Shown one piece after another: positions 24,924 through 37,048 of a DNA stretch of 64,000 bases (positions are counted from its first letter, which is position 1; each line of letters begins with the position of its first letter). Location of the stretch: contig JABVCE010000025.1 of the NCBI GenBank assembly GCA_014905635.1, forward strand, positions 248,001 to 312,000, written 5' to 3'. A program made the position numbers and the translations under genes. The stretch comes from Scenedesmus sp. PABB004. Its lineage: Eukaryota. The notes beneath the pieces are model-generated. The model was given only the letters and a program-made list of their open reading frames with translations. It was not told where the DNA came from and did not search any database.

Positions 24924-26755
24924 ATGGACGAGAGCGGCAAGGATGGCGCGGCGGACAAAAAGAAGGCCGTGCACAAGGGCCGGCGCATCATGGACGATGC
25001 GTTCATGATGAACCTCTACAAGGCACGCAGCGGGGCGCGAGCGGCCGGGGCCGCGCGGGCAGCAGCGATGCGAGGCCTTGCGCCCCCGCGCCCGCCGCGG
25101 CCTGGCGCGCTGGCGGCCTGCGCGGCCCGCACCCTGACGCTTCTCGGCGCGCGGCTTGCACCGGCGCCGGGGGCGCCCGGGGGCGCGCCCGCTGCGCCGC
25201 GGGCCGCCGCTGAGAGCGGCGCCCCGCTGTCGTCGCCGCGCCGCCGGCACCAGATTAAGCTGTGCACGCGCACCACCACGCACAACTGGAAGCTCTGCCC
25301 ATGGGCGCACCCGGGGGAGACGGCGGCGCTGCGGCGCCACCCGAGCTGCCACCAAGCGGTGAGCCGCGCGCGCCGGCGCGGCGTGCCGCCGTGCCACGGC
25401 ACGCGCCCCGCCCGCGCGCGCGCCGCCGCTGAGCGCCCGCCGCCGCCGCGCCCGCCGCTGCGGGCGCGCAGGAGCTCTGCCCGTCCGTGCGCATGGTGCG
25501 GCGCGGGGCCGCCGCGCCCCGCGCGCGGCGCGCGCGGCAGCCCGCGTTGCCGGGCGGCACCGCCCGCCGTGCCGCCGCTCAGCGCGCCGCCGCCGCCGCC
25601 GCCGCCGCCGCGCAGAACCAGGAGTGCCCGCACGGCGAGGCGTGCACGTTCAGCCGCAACGCGTTTGAGTGCTGGTGCGCGGGGGGACTGCGCAGCGCGG
25701 CGCGCGCCGGCGCCGCGCGCGCTCGCGCGGCCTCCGCAGCTTCGCAGCGGCGCAGCGGCGCGGGCCGCGACGCGCGCGCGTGCCCCCGCCGCTGCCGCCG
25801 CGCCGGCCGCCGCAGGCTGCACCCGGACCGGTACCACACGACGATGTGCAGCATGGGCGAGGCGTGCAGCCGCAACATCTGCTTCTTCGCGCACAACGCC
25901 AGCGAGCTGCGCGCGCCGGCGGCCGCGTCGGCGTCGGCGGGCGCGGCGCCGCCGCCCGTGGGCGCGGCGGCGCCCGCGCAGAAGCAGCGCCAGCCGGGCC
26001 TTCCCACGCCGCAGCCGCCCAACCCGGGCGGCGAGCGGCCGCCGGCGGCGGCCGGCGGCCACGCCGCTCCGCCCGGGGCGCCGCGCTCGACCGGCAGCGC
26101 CGGCAGCAGCTGCACCACGCCCAGCGCCGCGCCCTTGCCGGTCGGCTTTGCCGCCGCCGGCATGAGCGTGCTGCGCCGCGCGGGCTCGCCCTGGCCGGGC
26201 CCGCACGGCGCCGCGGGGTCCCTGCCCGGCGGCGGCGGCGGCGGCGCCGCCGCCGTCGGGCCCTTGCCGGCGGGCGCCTTTGGCGCGGCGCCGGCGCTGG
26301 GCGGCTATGGCGACGCCGCGGCGCTGGGCGGCCTGGCGCCGCAGGACCTGCGCATGATGCGGCTGGTCGACCTGGAGCGCCGGCACCAGGCGCAGCTGCA
26401 GGCGCAGGTCGAGGAGCACAAGCAGCACCTGCTGCTGCTGCAGAGCCAGCAGGAGGAGGCGGTCACGCGGCTGCGCGAGGCGCACAGCCGCGAGGTCGCG
26501 GCGCTGCTGCGGGACGAGCACGACTGCAGCAGCATGCTCTGGGCGATGGAGCAGCAGCAGGCGCAGCACCAGGCGAACCTGGTGGAGCAGCAGCACCTCA
26601 TGCAGCAGCTCTACGGCGCCGCCGCGGGCGCGGCGCTCGCGCAGCGCCAGCTCGCGGGCGACCCGCAGCTGGCGCCCGCCGGCGGGGCGGGGCCGCTCGC
26701 GCACCAGCTCAGCGCGGCGGCGCACGCGGCGGTGGCGGCAGCGCAGCAGCAGCAA

Positions 26756-26801
<46 letters not shown>

Positions 26802-26998
26802 TCGCCGCACAGCACCGTCAGTTTGCCAGCCAGCAACTGCCGGGCCTGCTGCACCAGCTCACCATGGCCGACCACCCGTCCGCCGGGCGGTACGCTGCGC
26901 CGCCTGCCGACCTGGCCGCGGTGAGCGCGCCGGACGCCACGCCGGCGTCCGGGCAGCAGCAGCAGCAGCTGCAGGGCCTGCCGGACATGTGGCTGTGA
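24924..26998 (+). CDS. Second RR-TZF tandem CCCH zinc-finger protein with a degenerate first finger and Q-rich tail (5 exons)
   Basis: DDAFMMNLYK|IKLCTRTTTHNWKLCPWAHPGETAALRRHP...C-x8-C-x5-C-x3-R...FECW|LHPDRYHTTMC-x5-C-x4-C-x3-H...ELR. Confidence 0.88.
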
Positions 26999-28040
26999 CT
27001 GCGCGGCACGCGCCGCCTGCTTGGGGCGGGGGGCGCCGCCTCGCCTGGCGCCGGGCGTGTGTATTGTGCGATCTCTGGCGGGCCACGCCGCCGCCGTGCG
27101 CGCCGCCTGCGTGCGGCAGCGCGTCCGCCCTCGGCGCCCCGGCGCCGCGGGCCGCTTCATCATCCATTTACGTCCGTCGTACTCGGGGTGCCATCTGTTC
27201 TGTTCACACTTGTTGACTGCTCGTGTTTGCGCGCCACGTCTGTTTTGGCGGCGCGGCCCGCCGCTGCTCGGCGGCCGCGGGCGCGGGCGCGAGCGGCGGG
27301 CCTAGTCGCGCCGCGCCACAGCACTCGTCTCCCTGGAGTGCGTGCCAGCGCCGCGCAGGCGTGCACGGCGCGTTGCTGGTCCCTGGCGCGGCCTCGGATG
27401 CGGCCGCTTTTGAGAGAGCTGGTCCCTGCGCGGCCTTGGATGCGGCCGCACGCATGCACGCACGCACGAGCGTGAGGGCGTGAGAGCGCTCAAACTGGCA
27501 TGTTTGCGCCTCGGGCGCGTCCTGCGAGGGGATTCAGGGAGGGCGGGAGGGGGGGGGGTCGCTCGCTTGCTCGCCGGCCGCCGCTTGACGCGGCCGCGCG
27601 TGCGCATCCATCGGTGGCTCATCAGTGCTCTCTCCATCGGTGCATCATCAAGGTCGGCGTCTGTTTCCATGCGTGCGCGTCCCGAGGTCAAGAAAGAAAG
27701 CGCGTCGCGGAGCGCGCGCCGCCCGCTGGGCGAGCGCCCGCATGGTGCGCCGCGCCTGCCTGCCGCGTGGCTGCTGCTGCAGGGACGTGGGGCTGAATTG
27801 GTTGGGAGGCCGCAGGCCGCCGAGAACCTCCCTTTTCTTTGCCTCGCGTCGCTGCGCCGCCGCTGCGTTGCGCCCCGCCGCCGCTGCGCCCCGCCGCTCG
27901 ACTCGAGCCGTCGACTGCGATCCAGGCCGGAACGATTCTGCTGCGTGTGCTCCCGCACCTCAGCTCCACAGCCCGCGATCGAGGGGGCGCGAGCGGCCGT
28001 GTGAGCGAGCGCCCGCGCGAGCGTCGGCGAGCTCGCCCCG

Positions 28041-29979
28041 ATGCTGAGGCGTGCTGGGGCTAGCATCACGTGGCTGGTGATGGCGCTGGCGCTGGGGCTC
28101 CTGCTGCTCCCAAGTGAGCGACGGAGCTGGCGCGGGCAGCCGCGCGCGCGGGAGGGCCCGCCAGGCCGGCGCGCGTCGCGGTCGACAACTTCATATTGAT
28201 GGCAGCCTCCGGTGCCAGCTGGCGGCCCAGCAGGCGCCCGCCGCACGATCGCCGCCGCTGCCGCGCGGCGCCGCTGCTGCTGCGTGCCGCTGCACGCGCG
28301 CCGCACGGTCGCCGCCGCCGCTGGGCGCGCCGCCACTGCTGTCCCGCCCAGTCGCTGCCCGCCGCTGCTGCGCGCAGGCTCGGCGCGCGCGTGCGAGGTG
28401 CGCGCTGTGAGCGCGGCGGCCAACCTGGACGGCGCTGAGCTCCTCGTGCTCGACGCTGGCAGCCTGCGCTATCGGGGACCCCACGCCGGCGCGGCGTTCA
28501 CCGACGCCGACGCCTGCGCCGACGCGTGCGGCGCGCTCCCCGGCTGCAACGCGTGGACCTGGTGCGGCCGGCCTGGGGGCTGCGGCAGCGGCTGCGGGGC
28601 GTGGACGGCCAAGCACGCGAAGCGTGAGTCAGGGGTGTCGGGTGGCGCGGCGGCGGCGCGAGAGTGTGTGTTCGTGCGCGCGCGCGGCAGACCCACAGCC
28701 CCCCCCCCCCCCCCCGCGCGCACGCTTGCTTGCCAGTCGCCACGCAGGGCATCGCTGCGCCGGACCCGGTCGACGCCAACCTGCCGGTGCTGGGCTTTGG
28801 CGCGTGGACCTCGAGCGGCCCGGGCGGCGCCGCGTCCACCGGCTGCGCGGTCGACGCGGCCCGCGGCGCCGTCACAGACGCGTGGCCGTATGGACTCTGC
28901 AGCCTGAAGCGCGTGCCCGACCCCGCCAGCCCAGCGATCTTCGGCGCCCGCGCCACGGCGGCAGGTGCGCCGCCGGCGCGGGCTGCACGCGCGCGCGCGC
29001 GCACGTGCAGGCGCGCGCGGCGGCAGCCCGACCCGGCGCGCCGCGCCGCGCCGCCGCCCCGCAGCGCCGGCGTCGAGCGCCGCCGCCGCGGCCGCGGCCG
29101 CGGCCGGCGACGGCTGGGTGTCAGGCGCGCTCGTGGCCTCGCCCGACTGCGCCGGCCTGCCGGCCAACGTGTGCCGGGCGTGCGGCGCGTCGCGCGACGC
29201 GGCGGCGTGCCTGAAGTGCGCTCGCGACGCGCGCGCGCAGTGGCGCAAGCCGATTCGATACCTGCTCGCCGACGGGCCCAGCGGGCGCGGCAACAGGGTC
29301 CAGAACACCTGCGCCACGTGCGCCGACATGCCGGCGCCGGGCCTGCGCGACAGGTGGGCTGCCGCGCCGCGCGCTGCGGCGGCCGCCGCGGCGCCGCGCC
29401 GGGCGCGGGGCCGGCGGCCGCGAGCCGGCGCCGCGCCGCCGCTGCCGCCGCGCGTGCAGGTGCTTCGACTGCGTCCTGAGCAACAGCAGCTGCGCGACCT
29501 GCGTGTTTGGCCGCCGCATGTGGGGGCCCGGCCCGCCGGACGCGGCCGCGTGCTTTAACTGCACCACCGCCCGCGGCGCGGCCTTTGCGGGCGCGTGCAA
29601 CGCCTGCGCGCAGAGCGCGGCGCCGGCGCGCTGCTTTGCCTGCCTCGCCACCTTCCCGCTCGCTGCCCGGCTGTGCAAGCCCGGCGCGGCGGGCGGCGCG
29701 GCGTGCATCGGCCCGAACGACCAGACGCCGTGTGATCTGTGCGCCAACGCGGCGCCCGGCGACGGGGCCGCCTTCAGCGCCTGCGCGGACTGCTCGGCCG
29801 CGGTCAGCCCCGAGCGCTCAGACGAGTGCACGAGCTGCGCCTCGACGCCCGGCACGGCGGCCGGCCAGGAGCGCTGCTTCCGCTGCGTGCGAGCGGCCAA
29901 GGGCAGCGCGGCGGGCTCGCGCTGCGCGGGCGCCGGCCAGCGGCGACTGCTGCACGCTGTGGCGCTGCGGTCGCGGTGA
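28041..29979 (+). CDS. Secreted protein: signal peptide, PAN/Apple-like domain and CxxC-rich repeats
   Basis: MLRRAGASITWLVMALALGLLLLP; NLDG...DADACADACGALPGCNAWTWC...CSLK...WVSG; the C-terminal half has many CxxC pairs (CRAC, CLKC, CATC, CFDC, CFNC, CNAC, CFAC, CDLC, CADC, CTSC, CFRC). Confidence 0.75.
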
Positions 29980-30118
29980 CGCCACGCGCAGCCCCGTCTC
30001 GCGCGCGCTGTCACTGACGCCGCCTGCAACACTGCGGCTGTTGGTGCGTGGGCCCGCACGCGGGTGCGAGGTAACCACTCGTTACCGCAACGCGCGAGAG
30101 GCGTCTCACTCACTCGTC

Positions 30119-30258
30119 TCACTCGTCCGGGCTGTCTGGGCGGTAGTGCACCAGCATCACCCGCTCCCACGCCGCGCCCCCCACGTCCCCGCCGCCGCCG
30201 CCGGCCTCGCCGCCGCCGGGCGCCGCGGCGCCGGCGCCGGCGCCGGCGCCGGCGCCGC

Positions 30259-30289
<31 letters not shown>

Positions 30290-31520
30290 GCGCGCGCAGT
30301 GCGGTCGCCACACGATGTCGCGCAGCTGCTGGAGCGTCATGTCTGCGTAAATGAGGCGCCCCGCGCACAGCAGCTGCAGGCTCGCGTCGCCGCGCCGGCC
30401 CGCGAGGCGGTCGGCCAGCCAGGCCCTGACCGCGCCGAGCGTCGTGCCGCCGGGCGCGGTGATGTACGGCTTGGCCAGGCCCGGCAGCGCCGCGCTGCCG
30501 CCCAGCGCGTCGCCGACGCTGCGCACCGGCGCCGGTGGCAGCGGGAAGAGGGCGACCGCCACGGGGTCGCCGGCGCCGCCCGCGCCGCCGAGCGGCGCGG
30601 CGGCCGGCGGCGCGCCGGCGTGCGCGCCTGCGCGGGGGGCGCGCGCGGTGAGCGGCGCGCGCGGCGGCGGCGGCGGTGGCGGCAGCGCCCGCGCGCGCGC
30701 TTGCCCGCGGCCGCGCCCCCGCTGCGGCGCGCCCGCACCCGCGCCGCCGGGCTGGGCGCCGCCGCCTGCGCGCGGCGCGCGCGCGGGTCGGCGCTGCAGG
30801 TTGGCCTTTGCGCGCCGCGTCTCCTCCTCGCGCTCAAGGCGCCGCGCCTCCAGCGCCGCGTCGAGCAGCGGGCGCGGGAACACCTGGCGCGCGCGCGGCG
30901 GGGCGCGTCGGCCGCGCGCGGCACGCGCGGCGGGGCCCACGCCCCCACCCCGCCGCCGCCGTGCGCGCGCTGGTCGGCCCCCCGCCGCGCTGGTAAGCCC
31001 CGCGCCGCGCCGCGCCGCCCCGCGCCGCGCGCCGGGGGGCCGCGCCTTGCGCACGAGCGCATCGAGCATGAAGTCGTACTTCAGCTTGCCGTGCTCAAAC
31101 GGGTTTGGCCCGAGCACCACGCCGCACACGGGGCAGCGGTTGCCGCGCCCCCCGACCGTGACCGCGTCGTCGATGCAGTCGTAGCAGTCTGAATCGCGTG
31201 GCGTGTGAGGGCGCGGCGGCGCGCGCGAGGCGCGTGGGCGCGTGGCGCGAGCACAAGCGCGCGGCGGCGGCGGCGGCGGCGGCGGCGGGCGGCTCACACG
31301 CGTGCCCGCACTCTGCCGCGGTCATGGCCTCTTTGAGCAGGTCGCCGCACACGCTGCACTGCAGCGCCTGCGCCAGCGGCGCCGCGGGGCGCCACTCGAC
31401 GTGGCCCTCGTCCAGGCTCGGCCGCGGCTGCGGGAGCCACCACGCGCCGCCGGCGTCGCTGCCGTCGCTGGCGTCGCTCGGCGTCTGCGCGCCGCCGCCG
31501 CGGCGGTGCGCCGGCTCCAT
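30119..31520 (-). CDS. BMI1/DRIP-like C3HC4 RING protein with a C-terminal RAWUL-like domain
   Basis: LQCSVCGDLLKEAMTAAECGHA|YCYDCI...CPVCGVVLGPNP...LKYDFMLDALVRK|VFP; tail LPGLAKPYIT...VRAWLADRL...LQLLCAGRLIYADMTLQQL...VMLVHY. Confidence 0.85.
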
Positions 31521-32072
31521 GGCGCGGCCGGCCGCGCGCGCTGCTGCCGCTGCGGGGGCGGGGTCGCTGGGCCCGTTCCGGGGCTGGCGGGCTGGCGGCT
31601 GGCCGCGCCGCGCCGCGCGCGAGCGGCGCCGGCGACAGCAGCGGTGGCGACAGCGGGACAAGCAGGGGGGCGGCACGTGCCGTGGGGGAGGGTCAGGTGC
31701 CGGGACGATCGCGGGCGGGCGGGCGGGGTGTGTGCGCACCCGGGCCGCGCACGCGGCCGTGCGCCGCGCGGCGCGCTCGTTTTGTGTCGTGACGCGGCGC
31801 CACGCCGGCGATAACCAGCCGCGCGCCGCCGCGGGCCTCGCACTGCACGGCACGCTCCCGCCGCCCCACGCCCCACACACGGCGGCCCTGCGCGCCCACC
31901 CGCCCAACCTCTCGCGCCTCGGGCCGCCCTTCGCTTGAGACGCGCCCTCCGCCGGCCCTCGGTCAGCCCGAACGCCTCGTGCGGACCAGCGCCGCGGCGC
32001 GCGGGGGGCCTGAGCGGGCAGGGCGGGGCGCATCGAGGGCGGGCGCCTGCCGCGCGGCGCCAGGCGGGCGGC

Positions 32073-32870
32073 ATGGACCACTACGCCACCTCCCTGTTGA
32101 AGAAGCAGCTGCGGGGTGCGTCCCGCCGCCCCGCAGCGCCGCGGCGAGGCGGGGCGCGCGCGCGGCAGCGGAAAAAGCAGCCCGCCCGCCCGCCCCGCGG
32201 CGCACAGCAGCCCGCCCGCCCGCCCCGCGGCGCAGAGCTCACCAAGAACCCCGTGGACGGCTTCTCCGCGGGCCTGGTGGACGACTCCAACCTCTTCGAG
32301 TGGGCGCTGACCATCATAGGCCCGCCAGACACGCTCTAGTGCGCGCGGCGCCGCGCCAGGCAGCAGCGGCGGCGGCGGGCAGCGGCGCGCGGGCAGCGGC
32401 GGCAGCGGCCCCGCCCCGCCCCCGCGCCCGCCCGGCGTTCCCGGCCGCCGCGCCCCCGCCCGGCGGCGCGCCCGCGGCTGCTGCCGCCGCCGACCGCCCG
32501 CCGAGCGCCCGCGCCCGCCGCGGCCGCCGCGGCCGCCGCGCAGCGAGGGTGGCTTCTTCAACGCGCGCCTCACCTTCCCCAAGGACTACCCCAACTCGCC
32601 GCCCACGTGCCGCTTCACCTCTGAAATGTGGCACCCCAACGGTGCGCGCGCGGCGGCGGCGCGCGGCGCGCGGGGCCGACGGCGCGCACGCGGGCTCGCA
32701 GCAGCCGCGCGGGAGCGGCAGCGCAGCCGACGGGCGCCGCCCGGCCGCCCCGGGCGGGCGCGCGCAGTGTACGCGGACGGGCGCGTGTGCATCTCCATCC
32801 TGCACAACCCGGGGGACGACCCCAACGGCTACGAGACCGCGGCGGAGCGCTGGTCGCCCGCGCAGTCGGT

Positions 32871-32901
<31 letters not shown>

Positions 32902-33196
32902 GCCTGCTTCGCGCCGCGCGCTGCGCGCGCGCGCATCATCTATCCATCTGCCTCCCCGCGCGCTCACCCTCGCCCACACTCACACCCACGCGCACACATC
33001 AACGACAACACACACGCCCACGCGCGCACACACGCAGGTCGAGTCAATCGTCATCTCCATCATTGCCATGCTCTCCTCGCCCAACGACGAGTCGCCGGCC
33101 AACGTCGACGCGGCGAAGCAGTGGCGCGACGACCGCGACGGCTTCAAGAAGCGCGTGTCGCGCATCGTGCGCAAGAGCCAAGAGAGCTTCGACTGA
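32073..33196 (+). CDS. UBC7: Ubiquitin-conjugating enzyme E2, UBC7/UBE2G1 type (5 exons)
   Basis: [23 protein letters not shown]...GPPDTLY|EGGFF...[10 protein letters not shown]...[27 protein letters not shown] (acidic loop)...[12 protein letters not shown]. Confidence 0.95.
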
Positions 33197-33891
33197 GGCC
33201 GGCCGCGGCGCCCGCGGCGGCGGCGCCCGCGGCGGCGGTCGCGGCGGCGGCGGGGCGCGCGGCGGCGGCGGCGGCAGCGGGGCGCGAGCAGCCGCGCGCG
33301 GCAGGTGGAGGGCGACGGGGGGGGGGGGGGGCAGCGGTAGGGCGCGGCGGCGGGGCGCTGCAGCGGCAGCGGCCCAGCCCAGCCCGCGGGGCGGTCGGCG
33401 CGTGGGCGCGCAGCGTCATGCAGGGCTCGGCGGCGTGTACATTGTGGTGCCTTGCAAACGCATTCATTGCTCGCGCCTGCGTGCCCGCGCGCGCCGAGGC
33501 GCGGCGCTGAGGCGCAGGCGCGCCGCGCAGGTGCGCCGCCGGCAGCAGCGGCAGCAGCAACAGCGGCGCCGGGCCGGCTGCTCGTCACGGCGATCGGGCG
33601 CTGAGGGCACAGCGTCTGCGCGCGCAAAAACCAGGGGGTCACTTGCTCGCGCGCGCGGTCCGGCGTCACCCGATCACGCCTCGCGGTTGCCGGTCGCGCG
33701 GCGGCAGGCTGTGCAGCGGCCCGAGCGTTCGGCCGGCCGTACGAGGGACAGAGTTGTGTGGCTGCACGGCCGGCCGAACGGCGCAAAAGATGCACCCGCC
33801 GCCACCCTCCCTGCGCGGCTCCCAGCCCGTGCGGCGGCGACGGCGCCGCCGCCGGCACGACCGCCGCGCCCCGCAGCGCGCGGCCGGAGCC

Positions 33892-33900
33892 TTTATAAAA
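33892..33900 (+). promoter_or_regulatory. TATA-like box upstream of the hnRNP F/H-like gene
   Basis: TTTATAAAA, rare in this GC-rich DNA, about 440 nt before the ATG at 34335. Confidence 0.35.
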
Positions 33901-34334
33901 CACCATTTCCAAGCCTTCGAGCTCGCCCCCTGCCCAAGGAACGCCATGTCACCGCGAAGAGCCCGTTTGCTGCTGTCGATCGGCGGGCCGGGCGCACGGT
34001 TCGAGCACCCGGCGGCCGCGCGCGGCACGCCACGGCGGCTGCCACTTCTCGAAGCGTGTGTTGGCCGCGCGGCGCCTTCAGGGCGGTCGGAAATGGTCGG
34101 TCATGTTACCTCTCGGTCGCCGGCCCAGCGCCCGCCGCGTCGCGCCTGTCGCGCGCCGGGCCCCCCGCGCCCGCTCCCGACCCCTCCAGAGCCCGGGGGC
34201 GTCATCTCTTGGGCTCGCTAGCCCGCTTGAGCAGCAGCGCGCCTTGTACTTGCTGCTGCCGGCCCAGGGCCGCTGCGCCGGCCGATCCGCGCTGTGAGCA
34301 GCCGTAGAGTTCGCTGACAGCGAGAGGAGCAGCC

Positions 34335-35899
34335 ATGAGCGCGTGCGACCCCATTGAGGGCTCCCTCGCGCCGAGCGACGGCCCGGCGCTGGACAAGCCG
34401 CCCGCGGGCCCCCGCGCGGCCGTGCTGCGCATGCGCGGCCTGCCCTTCAGCGCGGGAGCTGACGACGTCAAGGCCTTCTTCGACCCGTTCACGCTCGACG
34501 AGGTCTACATCTGCCGCCGCGACGGTGCGCGCGCTGGCGGCACGCTGGCGGGTCGGCCGCCCGCCGCCGCGGGCGGGCGCCGCGCCCTCCAGAGGCTCGC
34601 GCGAGCCCGGCAGCGCGCGCGGCGCCCGCAGCACGCGCCACCACCGCCCGCGCGCGCAGGCCGCGCCACGGGCGAGGCGTACGCGGTGCTCGCGTCGGCC
34701 GACGACGCGCAGGCCGCGCTGGCCAAGCTGCACAAGCAGTACATGGGCTCCCGCTACATCGAGTGAGCACGGGCGCGCCGGCCGCGGGCTCGGCGGCGCC
34801 AGGGGGGCGGCCGCCGCGCGCGCTGCCGCCGACGCCGAGCCGCGCCCGCCAGGCTGTTTGAGGCGGCCGAGGCTGACCTCGCGGCGGTGAAAAAGGTGCT
34901 CGAGGACAGCCGTCTGCAGGGCTTTGTGGTGCGGCTGCGGGGCTTGCCGTTCTCAGCAAGCGCGGCCGACGTGGTCGCCTTCTTCAGCGGCGTGCCGCTC
35001 GCCGGCGGCGACGACGCGGTCGTGTTTGTCCGCAGCGCCGACGGCCGGCCGACGGGCGAGTGCTACGTGGAGGTCGCCGACGAGGCGAGCCTCGCGGCCG
35101 CCATGGCGCGGCACAAGGAGCTCATGGGCACGCGGTACATCGAGATCTTCAACTCCAGCAAGGTCGACAAGCTGCAGGCGCTGCAGCAGGCGCGCTTCCA
35201 CGCCGCGCCGCGGCGGCCGGGCGTGCTGGGCGTGCCGTACGGCGCGCCGCACCACATGCTGGGCGTGCCGGGCGGGGCCTACGCCAGCGCCGTCACGTCG
35301 CCCGATCAGCTCGCGGACGCGCTCATGCGCTCGGCGCACATCTCGCCGCCGGCGTACCACATGGCCGACCCCGGCGGCGGCGCCGCGTACCAGGTGCTGC
35401 CGGCGCGCGGCATGGTCGTCGGCCCCGACGGCCAGCCCGCCCAGTACTACTACGCCCCGCAGGCGCGCGCGGCGCGGCGGGGCTGCAGGGGCGCGCGCGG
35501 GCAGGGCGGCGGCGGCGGCGCGCCCGGCGCCCGGCCGGCAGCCGGACGAGGCTGCGGCGCAGCGCGCGCGCGCGCGAGCAGCGCGCGGCCGCGCCCACGC
35601 GCTCACTGCCGCTGCTGCCGCTGCCGCCGCAGGGCGCCGTGTGGCCGCAGCCCCGCGTGCAGCAGCAGCAGCTCGTGCCGACGAGCGCGCCGGTCGGCGG
35701 CGTCGGCTCGCCCACCGGCATGCTGCTCGGCGGCTCGCCCGCGGTGCGGCCGGGCCTTGGCGGGCCCGGCTGGCAGGCGGAGCAGATGATGATGCAGCAG
35801 CAGGCCGCGTACGCTGCGGGGCGTGCCGCCCTGCAGGGCGGCGGGTACGGCTACGTCACCTCGCCCGGCGGCCTGCCGTACGGCCCCGGCGGCGCGTGA
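34335..35899 (+). CDS. hnRNP F/H (quasi-RRM) RNA-binding protein with two qRRMs
   Basis: VLRMRGLPFSA...GRATGEAY...MGSRYIE|LF and VVRLRGLPFSA...GRPTGECYVE...MGTRYIEIFNSS; G/Y/P/Q-rich tail. Confidence 0.9.
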
Positions 35900-36085
35900 T
35901 GCGGCAGCGCCGCCGCGCTGCCCGCGTGCTGCCCACGACTCACCCACCCGAATGACGTGGGACGTCATTCGGCGGCGCCCGCCCGGCTGCTGAGCTGCCG
36001 GCGGCAGATTCTTTTCCCTGCAGTGCGGTGGGGGGGGCGACGGGGAGGGGCGCGAGCGGGGAGGGGGTGAGCTGTGCCCGGCTGC

Positions 36086-36109
36086 CCGAGGCTCCCATGG
36101 GAGCCTCGG
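36086..36109. repeat. Perfect 24-bp palindrome CCGAGGCTCCCATGGGAGCCTCGG
   Basis: Self-reverse-complementary; read directly. Confidence 0.9.
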
Positions 36110-37024
36110 CAGGCTTGTGCGCCGGCGCTGTGCTATCGATCGATGTGAGCGTTTTGCCTCACTCTCGTTGATTTCCCAACCTGGAGGTTGCGCCGGCTGA
36201 ATCTCAAACACAGGCTGAGCCCAGTGTGGAGGGAGGGCGTTGGTTGCACTGGGGCGGGCTGGGTGGGCTGGCGGGGCGTGCGGCCGCTGCCCGAGTGCTT
36301 ATGGGGCGCGTGAGCCGCCCTCGGGGTGTGGGCTCTGGTCGGGCGGTGGGATGGTCGGGGGGGAACGGATTGGAGCGGGCCGGCGCGCGCGCTTGCACCG
36401 TCTGAGCGCTGTGCTGAGGCTTTTTGATGCTGCTGATGATCAGGCCTCCCGCGCTCAGAGCGCGGAGCGCGACGGCGCGCGTGCTGCGCCTGCTGCGCTT
36501 CGGGCCGCAGCGCGGGCCCTCTTGTGTGCCCGCGCTCGGCTCGTGTGTGTGATTTGCACACTGCGACTGGCTGCGCATGTACGCGCACTGCGGCACTGAC
36601 TTGGTTGGTCAACTCGCGCCGTGCGGTTTAGGCCTGAGCGCGCCGACTTCATGCGCGCGCCAACCTTCAACTTTGGCCCGCCCAAACCAACTGCAGGCCA
36701 GGCCACAATCACTGAGCATCAAGGTCATGCCTTGGGAGACGCTCAGCCAGCAGTATCAACACGCGGCACTGCATCACGAGCCCCACGCACACCTGCACTG
36801 CATCGTTGCGAGCGCCCGCACCCCCGGCTTATGCACACTCGACCCAAGGACCCAAGGACTCACGGCGCGCGCGCCCGGCGCGCGCCCAGCGACGGCATTG
36901 TTCCCTCAACATCGCTTGTGCATCCGGTCGGCGGGCTGCACCTTTCCATCTTTGCTGCTGCTTCAAACCGACGTGGAACTGCGGCAGCACGCACGCCGTC
37001 GACGCGCGACGTGCCTCCTCCGCG

Positions 37025-37048
37025 GGAGGAGCCCCTTGGGGCTCCTCC
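37025..37048. repeat. Hairpin GGAGGAGCCCC-TT-GGGGCTCCTCC
   Basis: 11-bp perfect inverted repeat with a 2-nt spacer. Confidence 0.9.

Noticed and set aside
27302..27670. Small minus-strand ORF (METDADLDD...) and TGATGA box-C-like words
   Set aside because: Non-host codon usage, and no properly placed terminal box D or stem for a snoRNA.
32330..32345. Premature TAG in UBC7 (and a TGA at 34764 in the hnRNP gene)
   Set aside because: Both overlap GT splice donors (TA|gt, GA|gt); splicing restores Tyr and Glu codons.
36626..36633. CCTAAACC (minus strand) as a telomerase RNA template
   Set aside because: Only 8 nt, with no supporting promoter or structure recognised.
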